From the NCBI GenBank assembly GCA_951406725.2, contig OX597817.1:160518001-160582000 (forward strand): 64,000 nt of DNA. Reading direction: 5' to 3'. Source of the DNA: Octopus vulgaris (taxonomy: Eukaryota). This document shows positions 41,160 through 55,502 of the stretch, one piece after another. Made by a program: the position numbers and the translations under genes. Within the stretch, counting starts at the first letter, position 1, and every line of letters starts with the position of its first letter. The notes beneath the pieces are model-generated. The model searched no databases and was not told where the DNA came from. It saw only the letters and a list, made by a program, of their open reading frames with translations.

Positions 41160-41541
41160 GAAGCACTCCGTCGGTTACGACGATGAGGGTTCCGGTTGAT
41201 CCGAATCAACGGAACAGCCTGCTCGTGAAATTAACGTGTAAGTGGCTGAGCACTCCACAGACACGTGCACCCTTAACGTAGTTCTCGGGGATATTCAGCG
41301 TCACACAGAGAGTGACAAGGCCGGCCCTTTGAAATACAGGTACAACAGAAACAGGAAGTAAGAGTGAGAGGAAGTTGTGGTGAAAGAGTACAGCAGGGAT
41401 CACCACCATCCCCTGCCGGAGCCTCGTGGAGCTTTAGGTGTTTTCGCTCAATAAACACTCACAACGCCCGGTCTGGGAATCGAAACCGCGATCCTATGAC
41501 CGCGAGTCCGCTGCCCTAACCACTGGGCCATTGCGCCTCCA
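41160..41541 (-). mobile_element. SINE family A1
   Basis: Full length, inside (TA)n. Confidence 0.9.
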
Positions 41542-41728
41542 TATATATATACCACTTCGCACATTCTCTGAAACGGTCGTGAGATATTTTTCCTTTTATT
41601 TGATTCATTTGAGGACTTTCTTTTAAATCACTGTCATCTTATCCGCTCCTGACTTTTATGTAATTGTATATATTCATCTGTATACGTGGATGCACGCTGT
41701 CATCAAACTTTGATGTCAAATGGGATTG

Positions 41729-42200
41729 TTTTTTATTCTTTTATTCCTTTATGTATCAACCTTGTGGCTGCGGCCATGCTGGGGCAGCGCCATTGTAATC
41801 ATCTTTTAATTGGCCAATTCTATGGGTTTGGCTTCTGGTGAAGGAGGGAGTTCGATATCGCTGCTCTCTTTTGAGTTTCCTGCCTTGATATTGGTTCATC
41901 TGGGATCTTGGATAGTAAGAGGTCAAGTTGTTTCTTGAAAACATCTACTCCCACTCCATGGAGGTCCCTCAGATATTTTCGCAAGGAGTTAAATAGCTGT
42001 GGGCCCTTGAATCCCAAGGTATTACAGTACATGCCCCTCGCCCTAGATGAGATAGTTGGAACTTTTGGAATAGTGCTGTGACGTCCATTTCGGGGCCTGG
42101 TATAACTCTCAATCCCAAAGTTTGATATCAGCCCCTCCAGTATCTTCCATACATATATCACTGCGTACCTCTCCCGCCTTCGCTCCAGAGAGTAGAGTCG
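41729..42200 (-). mobile_element. 3' end of a CR1/L2-group LINE (open ORF2 C-terminus plus 3'UTR)
   Basis: RLYSLERRRERYAVIYVWKILEG..GPQLFNSL..FKKQLDLLLSKIPDEP..SNSLLHQ; 3'UTR ends with AATAAAAG-type repeats. Confidence 0.88.
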
Positions 42201-42415
42201 TCGTGAGCCGCATGCCCCAACCACTAAGCCACGCGCTTTCACAATAATATATATATATACTCACACACACATATACATACATGCATACCATGGGATTCCT
42301 TTTCATTTCCCGTGTACCAAATCCACACACAAGGCTTTAGTCGGCCCGAGACACTTGCCTAAGATGGTACGCATTGGGGATGAACCCACTTCTTACCACA
42401 CGCCCATGCCTGCGC

Positions 42416-42514
<99 letters not shown>

Positions 42515-43586
42515 GGCACCGCGAGTGTCGCTTTGCTCTCAAGCAACTCTGCCGTCCTGGGTCGACCTTGAGTGACTTCAACACAACCAAAGCATTCTAT
42601 AGGGGTTTAGTGGAGGGAGGTACGACGACGAGCTCGGGGCGAACCTGGACGTCGACGAGGAGTACCTGACCCGCCTGTTCAGGACGACTTTCGGGCCAGG
42701 GCCCATGGACAACTTCCAGAGATCCCTGGCCTGGCAGTGCTACCGAGAAGCGCTACCCGTTCGGGATAAGCTCTACAGACACGGCTCGAGAAACACGGGG
42801 CCGACCTGCCCGAGATGCGGTCAGAGCGACGAAACCGTTCTGCACGCACTCGTGCAATGTCCAACAATTTCCGACCTGTGGGCTTGTGTCGAACAACTGC
42901 TGTCACGTGTGGGACGAGTCGGTTTATCAGCTGAGTCTATCGTCAATATTGTCACGCCTCCCTCCTTCAAACGGGAAGGAAGAGCTATTTTCATCATCCT
43001 TGTGGCTATGGCGAAAGAATGTATCTGGTGGACGCGTCTGAAAGGATTGGAGACAAACACTTTCCTCTCTGGTCAATCTCTCATCAACTTGAAAAGGAAA
43101 GTGAGAGTAGAGAGGCAAGTTTTGTCTAGCGAATGTTTTAAAAAAAGATGGGTGAATGTAGCAAGAATGGCACGTATGAATGACGAAGCCACCTTGAGCA
43201 TGATCCTATGAACCCAGAAATTGAAAACAGAGAGTTGCTTATTTGCAAAAAAAAAAAAAAAGAAATATAACATGTGACTCCATTGACCGAGGTTACCGTG
43301 GTCTTTTCCGTAGGCTTTTCTTTCCACGGGTAAACCTCCCCTGTCCTCCCCTTTGCACTTCATATTGACATTTCTGTGATAATGATCCCTATTGATCAAT
43401 TTTTTTTTCCTCTCCCCCTTTTTTTTAACCCCCTTTTTTTGTCCTCTTTCTCTCCTTTTACGATCCCTTTTGATCGAAACTCCCCCTTCCTTTTTTTTTT
43501 TTTTTTTTTTTAAACCTTCAAAAGAAAAGCTCTACCTTGTAATTTGTTCTATCTGTGTGCAGCCCTGTGTGACTAATAAAGAAACA
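42515..43586 (+). mobile_element. 5'-truncated L1/Tx1-type LINE (ORF2 C-terminal zinc knuckle, T-rich 3'UTR)
   Basis: LAW...REALPVRDKLYRHG....CPRCG.SDETVLHALVQCP (zf-RVT-like CCHC); stop at 43211; AATAAA at 43575; one frameshift near 42620. Confidence 0.88.
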
Positions 43587-43617
<31 letters not shown>

Positions 43618-43788
43618 ATATATATATATACACGACAAGCTTCCACGCAGTTTCCATCTACCCAATTCACACTCAAAGCATTAGTAAGCCTGGAGCTTAT
43701 AGTAGTAGGCATTTATCCAAAGTGCTACGCAATGGAACTGAACTCGAAAAACTTGATTGCAAAGCGAGTTTCTTAATCACAAATCTAT

Positions 43789-43871
<83 letters not shown>

Positions 43872-44080
43872 TATTTTTTATTTATTTATCTATTTCAGTA
43901 AACACACGCGCATGTCGCTCGGTTCACCATATTCAACCGGTCAAAGTTCTTGATTAATCGAAGCGAAGTTCAATCTTTTGAAAGTATTCGGACGTCACTT
44001 GCATCAGTGTAACGAATGCTGGCAATGCTTGTGATCGTCTTGAGTTCGCTCCTTCGTCTTCTATCTAGCTTACTAAAAAA

Positions 44081-44733
44081 GGATCTTTACCTTTTTGACC
44101 GACAGATTTTTAAAATATTTTTTTGTAACTAAACACAAGCTTCGAACACTGGTAGAATGTGTCATATAAAACATCTTTTACTCTTATCATTTTTGAGAAA
44201 AGCTTATATTTAGGAAGTTACTTCATGTTAAAGTTGTAGTATTTCGGTAATTTCAACCAATCAATGATGTGTATTCAGCCGAATAAAATTACTGCCGCTG
44301 TTTGTCAACAACAACTATCGGCGGTGTATTTTTCGTTTGTTACTGTTATTTATGACATCGTTCGTGCGTTTGTACTGGTTTTAGCTTTAACGTTTTAGGG
44401 TTAGAGTTAGGGTTTTAGGGTTAGGATTAGGGATTTAGGGTTAGGGTGTTAGGGTTTTAGGGTTAGGGTTGTCATAAATAACTGACAAAGGAAATATATA
44501 CCGCCGGAAGTTCTTGTTGACAAACAACAGCAGTAATATTATTCAGCTGAATACATGTCATTGATTGGTTGAAATTACTGAAATAGGACAACTTTAACGT
44601 GAAATGACTTCGTAAATATAATTTTTTCTCAAAAATGCTAAGAGTAATACATGTTTTATGTGACACATTCTACCAGTGTCCGAAGTTTGAAAGTGTTTAG
44701 TTACAAAAAATCATTTTTTAAATCTGTCGGTCA
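44081..44733. mobile_element. Foldback element with ~260-bp inverted arms around (TTAGGG)n-like repeats
   Basis: 44096-44357 versus 44470-44733; starts GGATCTTT; right arm resembles 15040-15639. Confidence 0.8.
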
Positions 44734-45227
44734 CAAAAAAAAAAACAAAAAAAACTTTAAATTTAAAAAAAGAAGCAAAAGCAAAATCTATGTCCTGCTC
44801 CTTTTGGTGTGATTTTGCTGCTATCTCTAGCGGTTTTAGCGACCTCTTAAAAGATCCGCTTGTCAGTCTACGATGTTGTTCTCTACTCCCAGAACAGCCT
44901 TTATAGATGTGTGATATAAAAATTTAAACATCACATACAAACACACATCTTCTCCCTCCATCTCTCTCTCTTCTTCCACCCATGGCTTTCTGCCCCCACC
45001 CCGCCAACGATGTTGATTTGAATACACGCCTGTTTCAATTTAATCTTTCCTTTTTTTTTTATTAAGTTGTTTTGTTTTGCGCTTTTTCCGTATCTTTTTC
45101 CCCGTATGACTATTGCAGTTTGTTTGGAAAAATTAACTTCTAAAAATAAATTGAAATATAGACGTTACCTTCCTCTTTTTTTCTTTTTCTTTAGCAATGT
45201 AACATGCCTAAAAGAAAAGCTGTTACC

Positions 45228-45551
45228 ATACATACATACATACATACATACACACATACATACATACACACACACATATATATATACATACATACACACA
45301 TACATACATACATACATACATACACACATACATACATACATACATATACATACATACTTACATGCATACACACACACACATATATATATATATACATACA
45401 TACACACATACATACATACACATACATACATACATATGCATACATATAACATGCAAACATGCATACATACATTCATACATATATACACACATACGCATGC
45501 ACACACATATATACATACATACCGACACACACACATGGATACATACATACA

Positions 45552-45583
<32 letters not shown>

Positions 45584-45985
45584 CATACATACTTACATGC
45601 ATACACACACACACACATATATATATACACACATACATACAAATATACACACACATATATATACATACACACATACATTCATACACACATACATACATAC
45701 ACACACATACATATATGCATACATATACGTGCAAACATGCATACATACATTCATACATACATATATACACACATATGCATACCGACACACACACATGGAT
45801 ACACACATACATACATACACATACATACACACATACATACATACATACATACATACATACACACACACACATACATGCATACACACACATACATACACAC
45901 ACATACATATATATACATACATATACACATACAAATACACATACATGTTTATGCATACACATACATGCACAGACATGCACACACA
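45228..45985. repeat. Degenerate (CATA)n/(CA)n tract with internal duplications
   Basis: Read directly. Confidence 0.9.
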
Positions 45986-46430
45986 TCTATCTTTTACTCA
46001 CTTCAATCATTAGACTGCGGCCATGCTGGGGCACCACCGTGAAGGAGTTTAGTCGAACGACTCGACTCCCGTACTTATTGTTTGTTAAGCCTGGTACTAA
46101 TTCTATCGGTCTCCAATGCCGAACCGCTGTACCAGGAGAACGTAAACACACCAACACCGGTTGTCAAGCAGTAGTTGGGTGAGGCAAACATCGACTCAAA
46201 GACACACACACACACACACATGTTGGGATTCTTTCAGTTTCCACATGTTGGGATTCTTTCAGTTTCCGTCGACCAAATTGAATCACAAGGCTTTAACCTG
46301 CTCGGATAATGCGCTTTGTTCTTGAGCAAAATACTTCATTTCGTGTTGCTCCAGTCCATTCAACTGGCAGAAATGAGTAATCCTGCAAGGTATCTACGTC
46401 CCGTCCAGTTGTCCGGAGGTGGGAAATATA

Positions 46431-46597
46431 CAGGGCCGGCACAAGATACCGGCAACCTCGGGCAGTCGCCCCGGGCGCCATGTACTAGGGGGCGCCAAAG
46501 AGAGCGTGACAAAGACAAGGAAATTTCCTCAACCGTCATTTTGTACACGCCGAAGTTCAGCTTGCCCGGGGCGCCAGCAACCCTAGAGCCGGCCCTG
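46431..46597. mobile_element. GC-rich hAT-like MITE nested in a family B SINE remnant
   Basis: Perfect 10-bp TIR CAGGGCCGGC; imperfect flanking duplication GGAAATATA/GGAATTTATA. Confidence 0.75.
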
Positions 46598-46857
46598 GGA
46601 ATTTATATCCACCCCAGAATCTGAGAAAACCGGCATTTTTGAGCGTATGACTAGGGAAGCATTAAATGTTTATAAATTCCATTGAAGGATTATTGTTATT
46701 ATTTCTATATTTATTCTACATTATACCAGGACAGCTCGATGCGAAACTCCCAAACTGGTTCATCAGTCAACATCATTAGATTGTGGCCGCATAATGGAAT
46801 GGGAGCTTTATTTGCATATTCAAAACGTTTCCCGTAAACAAATTTATAAGATAAATA

Positions 46858-47335
<478 letters not shown>

Positions 47336-47444
47336 ATGTAAATATAAGTATGTATGTATCTCTGTATTTAGACAAATCTAAAATAACAAAAAACAAACGG
47401 ACGTACACAGTGAATGTTGACGCTCGGTTTAAAATGCAGTGAGT

Positions 47445-47472
47445 GACGTTTCGATCATAGGTTCTTCGTCAG
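47445..47472 (-). ncRNA. Minimal hammerhead core
   Basis: CUGACGA-A-GA..UC-GAAAC-GUC; stems I and II eroded. Confidence 0.5.
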
Positions 47473-47591
47473 AAACAGGAAAGAGGAGAAGCCCGGACAG
47501 AGGGAAAAGAACAGTCCAAGGAAAGCATCTGTGTGGTTACATGACACACACATAATACATACATACACACTTACATAAACACATACATACA

Positions 47592-47655
<64 letters not shown>

Positions 47656-47659
47656 TACA

Positions 47660-48340
<681 letters not shown>

Positions 48341-48402
48341 TGGTAGTTTTTCTTTCAGCAAGAATATATATATATGTGTGTGTGTGTGTGTATGTATGTA
48401 TG

Positions 48403-48449
<47 letters not shown>

Positions 48450-48519
48450 GAGAGACAAGGAGAATCAAAAGTAAATATTTCTGTCAACAGTTAGCTATTT
48501 TCTGTATATAAAGCGCAGT

Positions 48520-48601
<82 letters not shown>

Positions 48602-48676
48602 GTGTGTGAGTAGCAGTGTGTTCTACTGTATCACACATAGAGTAATTTATAAACCAAAGCACACAGAAATTAACTC

Positions 48677-49350
48677 AATATTCTTTTCTACTCCAGGTAC
48701 AAGGCCCGAAATTTTGGGGGAAGGGGCCAGTCGATTAGATCGACCCCAGTACGCAACTGGTACTTAATTTATCGACTCCGAAAGGATGAAAGACAAAGTC
48801 AACCTTGGAGGAATTTGAACTCAGAACACGAAGACAGACGAAATACCTATTTCTTTACTACCCACAAGGGGCTAAACACAGAAGGAACAAATAAGTACAG
48901 ACAAACGGATTAAGTCTATTATATCGACCCCAGTGCGTAACTGGTACTTATTTAATCGACCCTAAAAGGATGAAAGGCAAAGTCGACCTCAGCGGAATTT
49001 GAACTCAGAACGTAGCGGCAGACGAAATACCGCTAAGCATTTCTCCTGGTGTGCTAGAGTTACCATGGAGGTGCGTGGCTTAGTGTTTACGGTGTCAGCA
49101 CCATGATCGTAAGATTGTGGTTTCGATTCCTGGACTGGGCGACGCGTTGTGTTCTTGAGCAAAACATTTCATTTCACGTTGCTCCAGTCCACTCAGCTGG
49201 CAAAAATGAGTAACGCTGCGATGGACTGGCATCCTGTCCAACTGGGAAACACATACGCCATAGAAACCGGGAAACCGGGCCCATGAGCCTGACTAGGCTT
49301 TAAAAGGGCGCAAGAAGAATAAGCTAACGTTTCTACCAGCTCGCCGCCTT
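48677..49350 (-). mobile_element. Dimeric family C SINE interrupted by a plus-strand family B SINE (49065-49320)
   Basis: The C head is split at GCTA; two bodies with different tails. Confidence 0.8.
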
Positions 49351-49700
49351 GAAATGAACTCAATATTGACACATTCAAAGCTGGCGAGTTGGCAGAATCG
49401 TTAGCACGCGCGGCAAAATGCTTAGCGGCATTTCGTCTGATTTTACGTTCTGAGTTCAAATCCCACCGTGATCGATTTACCTTTTATTTTTTTCAGGGTT
49501 GATAGAAAAAGTATCAGTTGAGCTCTGGGCGTTAATATAATCGACATGCCTACTTCCCAGGAATTGCTAGTCTTTTGCTACAATCTGAAACCAATATTAT
49601 TGCATTCACACACGTTTACAGAAATAGATAGATGCAGATATAAAGATTAGATTCACACATCTTTCTATTTATCTCTATTTATCTCAGTGGTTCTCAACAA

Positions 49701-49907
49701 TTACTCTTTTACTCTTTTACTTGTTTCAGTCATTTGACTGCGGCCATGCTGGAGCACCGCCTTTTAGTCGAGCAAATCGATCCCAGGACTTATTCTTTGT
49801 AAGCCTAGTACTTATTCTATCGGGCTATTTTGCCGATCCGCTAAGTTACGAGGACGTAAACACACCAGCATCGGTTGTCAAGCGATGTTGCGGGACAAAC
49901 ACAGACA

Positions 49908-49987
<80 letters not shown>

Positions 49988-49989
49988 CA

Positions 49990-50035
<46 letters not shown>

Positions 50036-50138
50036 CGACGGGCCTCTTCCAGTTTCCGTCTACCAAATCCACTCACAAGGCTTTGGTAGGCCCGAGGCTA
50101 TAGTAGAAAACAGTTGCCCAAAGTGCCACGCAGTGGGG
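49701..50138 (-). mobile_element. SINE family D, 5'-truncated
   Basis: Body and tail match. Confidence 0.85.
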
Positions 50139-50388
50139 CTTGTTCTTTTTTTTTCTGATAATTATTTTACTCTTGTAGATACTCATTGCCATGTTTAAGA
50201 AAATCATATCGTATGTTTATAGTTAGATATTATTAGGAATTGTGTATAAAACTGTTAAAAATATAGAGTGCATTGTAGATGTATAACCAATTTATTGTTC
50301 ATAAACTTTAACAACAAATTCGTATATGGGTTCCACCAATGGTCATGCAGACCCCGGTTGAGAACTACCTACCTACCTACCTACCTAC

Positions 50389-50458
<70 letters not shown>

Positions 50459-50490
50459 GTCTGTCTGTCTGTCTATCTGTCTGTCCGTAT

Positions 50491-50760
50491 CCTCCTTCTT
50501 TCTTTCCTTTCCCGAGCGCCCAATAACACTGTACTTATTCCACGTCCTCACGTTGTTGTGTTTTCTCTTTTTTCATGTTTGGATTTCCGTCTTCCCTTCT
50601 CTGGATCTTTCCTTTTCCTATGTTTTTGACGAAGAGCTCCGCTCGAAACGTTAAAGCCTCCTTCTTCCCCTCCTTCCTGAGCGTCCAATAATACTATATT
50701 TGTTCCACGTCCTCGCGTTGTGTTTTCTCTTTGTGTTTTCATGTTTGGATTAACTATATA
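50491..50760 (+). mobile_element. Retrozyme-like element: ~166-nt unit in 1.6 tandem copies with a hammerhead motif at 50622-50655
   Basis: CCTCCTTCTT..GAGCG(C/T)CCAATAA..CATGTTTGGATT is repeated; UUGACGA-A-GAGC-UCC-GCUC-GAAAC-GUU. Confidence 0.6.
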
Positions 50761-50811
50761 TATATATATCCGTGGGGCAGCTGGGGTTTGTTGGATTGTT
50801 GATATGGCTGT

Positions 50812-51016
50812 TTTTGTATATGCGCCCCACACATAATAATCAAGAGGGTTGTAGTCTGAGGAGTTAGGTGGCCAGATGTTAGGGTTGATGTCGTCGCAAA
50901 AGTTTTCTGACAGCCATGACTGGGCTCTCCTGCTTGTGTGGCATGGTGCAGAAGTCCTGTTGTCAGACATAGGTCTTCCAGCAGCCACCCTCTTGACCCA
51001 GGGCAGCATTGCCTCC

Positions 51017-51022
<6 letters not shown>
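50812..51022 (-). pseudogene. Tc1/mariner transposase catalytic-domain remnant
   Basis: SAPCHTSRRAQSWLSENF..IWPPNSSDYNPLDYYVWG matches the WPPNSPDLNPLDY motif. Confidence 0.85.
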
Positions 51023-51090
<68 letters not shown>

Positions 51091-51643
51091 TATATATAAA
51101 AATACAAAATGGGACAAGAACGCAAAACACACAAAGAGACGACACAAAAAAACGGACGGGTCATTCGAAGCCTCTAATCTTCAGTCAGGAACCGGATCAT
51201 CCTAGCAATTTCGGCTGATTAATCCTGATATCGCTCCGATCCGGCCAGCCCCAAGGAAAAAGTAAGCTGCAAGCATTATATTTCCTGGAAAAAGGATAGA
51301 ATGTATACGAAACAAGGACAGAAAAACGGACGATGCCACACGAATATAAATACAAAAAAAAAATACAAAAATAAAAAAACAAGAATAGTAATAACAGGTC
51401 AAAAGCAGCGGGTGTCTTACGACTTAAGACAGTTTAACTTATCTTAGCTGGCGTATTTTGAAATAAATGCCTTTGCGGCAGAGGAATAAAACGGTGTTGT
51501 CGTGGCGGCGGTCAAAGGCCGAAAGGCTAGTTAACCAGCGGTCACGTGAGAGGAGAGAAGAAGAGAGAGAAAACCAGGGGGAAAAGTAATTAAAGAGAGA
51601 GAGAGAAAAAGAGGGACAAAGGCACCAAGGGGGAATAGATAGG

Positions 51644-51694
<51 letters not shown>

Positions 51695-51701
51695 TTAGAT
51701 G

Positions 51702-51758
<57 letters not shown>

Positions 51759-52160
51759 GGAGTGGCTGTGTGGTAAGTAGCTTGTTTACCAACTACATGG
51801 TTCCGGGTTCAGTCCCACGGCGTGGCACCTTGGGCAACTATCTTCTACTATAGCCTCGGGCCGACTAAAGCCTTGTGAGTGGATTTGGTAGACGGAAACT
51901 GAAAGAAGCCCGTCGTATATATATGTATATATATATATGCGTGTGTGTGTTTGTGTGTCTGTGTTTGTCCCCCTAGCATTGCTTGACAACCGATGCTGGG
52001 GTGTTTATGTCCCCGTTACTTAGCGGTTCGGCAAAAGAGACCGATAGAATAAGTACTGGGCTTACAAAAGAATAAGTCCCGGGGTCGAGTTGCTCGATTA
52101 AAGGCGGTGCTCCAGCATAGCCGCAGTCAAATGACTGAAACAAGTAAAAAAGAGTAAAAA
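51759..52160 (+). mobile_element. SINE family D
   Basis: Full length. Confidence 0.9.
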
Positions 52161-52164
52161 GAAT

Positions 52165-52195
<31 letters not shown>

Positions 52196-52336
52196 TATAT
52201 ATATATATATATATATATGCATATATATATAGAGAGATAGATAGATAGATAGATAGACAGACAAACATGCATTTATTTATGTATATATGTGTATATATGC
52301 ATACATACATACATACATACATGCATACATACATAC

Positions 52337-52374
<38 letters not shown>

Positions 52375-52565
52375 TCCACACACACACAAGCATATATACC
52401 AATACATGCATGTGTGTTCATACACACAAACACACACACACAAACACACACACATATAACTCAAAATATGAGTTTATGTATATCTTTATTTAGCAGACGC
52501 AAAAAAGTGTCTCGGGGGCCGATAGTTTCGTACATTGGCACTTACCAAGCTAGTTTGACATACAC

Positions 52566-52599
<34 letters not shown>

Positions 52600-52627
52600 C
52601 ACACACATTCATTTATACAAGTATATA

Positions 52628-52853
52628 CCTATTTCTTTACTACCCACAAGGGGCTAAACATAGAGGGAACAAACAAGGACAGACATAGGTATTAAGTCGA
52701 TTACATCGTCCCCAGTGCGTAACTGCTACTTAATTTATCGACCCCCGAAAGGATGAAAGGCAAAGTCGACCTCGGCGGAATTTGAACTCAGAACGTAAAG
52801 ACAGACGAAATACCGCTAAGCATTTCGCCCGGCGCGCTAACGTTTCTGCCAGC
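52628..52853 (-). mobile_element. SINE family C
   Basis: Near-full monomer. Confidence 0.85.
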
Positions 52854-53139
52854 GTGTATGCATGCTTACATATATCCATATGAGCGTCTATGTACACAAG
52901 CCTACACGTATATAATAGACATATACAGATATATATCTGTTTACCACAGCCTACTTTCTTTCCTCCTCACGCTCTCTCTCGCTCTCTCTCAACCCCCCTC
53001 TCTCATACTATCACTATCTTTCCTTTTATAACACTTCTTTCATATCACCCTATCACTCACACTACGACCCCAGCATCGCTCACACCGCAACAATGCAGTC
53101 TCTTAACCACACATTTCCCTTCTCCCTTTCCTCCTCTTA

Positions 53140-53595
53140 CCCTGTTCACTGCACTTCTCTCGCAGTAACAAGGTGCACCTCCCTCCTCGATTCACTCTCA
53201 CAGCAGTTTTCTCTTTTAATGCCACCATGCACCTCTCTCTTTCACTCCCTTATACTGCACCTCTCTCTTAAGATGAAAGAGCAACTCTCAAATTTGCTCT
53301 CGTTTACTGCACTTCCATCTTATTAGCAAATCACCCCTGTTTTTCTCTGCACTTCTCTCTCAGAACCAAAATGCATCTCTCTCATTTCACTGCATTTTTC
53401 TTGCAGTACCATGCTGCATCTCTCTCATTCAAACTCTTTCACTGCACTTCTCTCTCAGGACCAAACTGCATTTCTCTCTTTCACTGCATCTCTCTTTCAC
53501 TGCACTTTTTTCAAAATACATCACAGCGTCTCTCTCTTTCAAACTCTTTCACTGCACTTCTCTCTCAGGACCAAACTGCATCTCTCTCATTTCAC

Positions 53596-53636
<41 letters not shown>

Positions 53637-54116
53637 TTCATTGCACTTTTCTCACAATACCCCACAACATCTCTCTCATTGAATCTATTTCATTGCACAT
53701 CTCTCTCAGAACCAAACTGCATCGCTCTCTTTCACTGCATCTCTCTCTCTCTCTCTCTCTCTTTCACTGCACTGCTCTCCCGTTCACTGCACACATCTAT
53801 CCCTCTCACTCCACATTTCTTGCAATAACAAACTGCACCTCTCTCTTTCATTCTCTTTCACTGCACATCTTTCTCTCTCTCTCTCTTTTTCATTGCACTT
53901 TTCTCACAATACCTCACAGCGTCTCTCTCTTTTAATCTCTTTCACTGCACAGCTCTCCCTTTCATTGCACATTTCTCTCAACAACAAACTGCACCTCTCT
54001 CTTTCATTCTCTTTCACTGCACATCTTTCTCTTTCTCTCTCTCTCTCTCCCTTTCGTTGCACATTTCTCTCAACAACAAACTGCACCTCTCTTTCATTCT
54101 CTTTCACTGCACATCT

Positions 54117-54148
<32 letters not shown>

Positions 54149-54960
54149 TTCACTGCACATTTCTCTCAACAACAAACTGCACCTCTCTTTCATTCTCTTT
54201 CACTGCACATCTTTCTCTTTCTCTCTCTCTCTCTCTCTCTTTCACTGCACATTTCTCTCAACAACAAACTGCACCTCTCTCTTTCATTCTCTTTCACTGC
54301 ACATCTTTCTCTTTTTCTCTCTCTCTCTCTCTCCCTTTCATTGCACATTTCTCTCAACAACAAACTGCACCTCTCTCTTTCATTCTCTTTCACTGCACAT
54401 CTTTCTCTTTCTCTCTCTCTCTCTCTCTCCCTTTCGTTGCACATTTCTCTCAACAACAAACTGCACCTCTCTTTCATTCTCTTTCACTGCACATCTTTCT
54501 CTTTCTCTCTCTCTCTCTCTCTCTCCCTTTCGTTGCACATTTCTCTCAACAACAAACTGCACCTCTCTTTCATTCTCTTTCACTGCACATCTTTCTCTTT
54601 CTCTCTCTCTCTCTCTCTCCCTTTCGTTGCACATTTCTCTCAACAACAAACTGCACCTCTCTCTTTCATTCTCTTTCACTGCACATCTTTCTCTTTCTCT
54701 CTCTCTCTCTCTCTCCCTTTCGTTGCACATTTCTCTCAACAACAAACTGCACCTCTCTTTCATTCTCTTTCACTGCACTTCTTCTCTCTCAGTAGCACTG
54801 AGCACAACCCACTTTTGCTCTTTTTTTCACTGCATATCTATCTCATTACCACACTGCATTCTCTCTTTGAATTTGTCTCTCACAGCACCAGACTGCATTG
54901 TTTTCACTGCACTTCTCTCTCAGCACCAAATTGCATCTGTCCCATTTTGCTCCCATTGCA
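53140..54960. repeat. Pyrimidine-rich satellite; homogeneous ~88-bp units at 53960-54780
   Basis: TGCACATTTCTCTCAACAACAAACTGCACCTCTC..TTCACTGCACATCTTTC(TC)n about 9 times; degenerate ACTGCA monomers on both flanks. Confidence 0.92.
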
Positions 54961-55453
54961 TTTCTCTCACCCACCACCTTTGCACTCTCCCACACCTCTC
55001 CCTTTGCACTCAATTTCCACGCAGCACTATCTCAGGAACACATTGCATGCATTTTACACACACAAACACACACAAACACACACGCACACATACACACATA
55101 CATACGCACACACACTCACATGCACACATACGCTAACATGCACACATAATCACAAGCATACATACACAAACACACACGCACACACACACACACACTTCCC
55201 CCCCTTCTTTCAGTTACCACAAGACACTTTTCCCTCTCACTACCACAATGCACCTCCACCTGTAGCTGCACCTCCGCCTCTCACTGCAACTTTCCTCCCA
55301 CCTTCTTACCACGCCTCTCCCAACTCTGAGTACCACCACACTGCATGCTCTCAAACACACACACAACCTTATATATATATATATACACGCACACATAGGT
55401 ACATATATAAACTCATGCACACACATGCACAACCATGTATATATATATATATG

Positions 55454-55502
<49 letters not shown>

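Noticed and set aside
44394-44470. True telomere or chromosome fusion site
   Set aside because: Short, degenerate, one orientation only, and enclosed by transposon arms.
45067-46182. Long His/Thr/Tyr ORFs (also 54341-55726 and 56290-57975)
   Set aside because: Microsatellite translations.
46316-46624. GC-rich 102-aa ORF
   Set aside because: Spans a SINE remnant plus a nested MITE.
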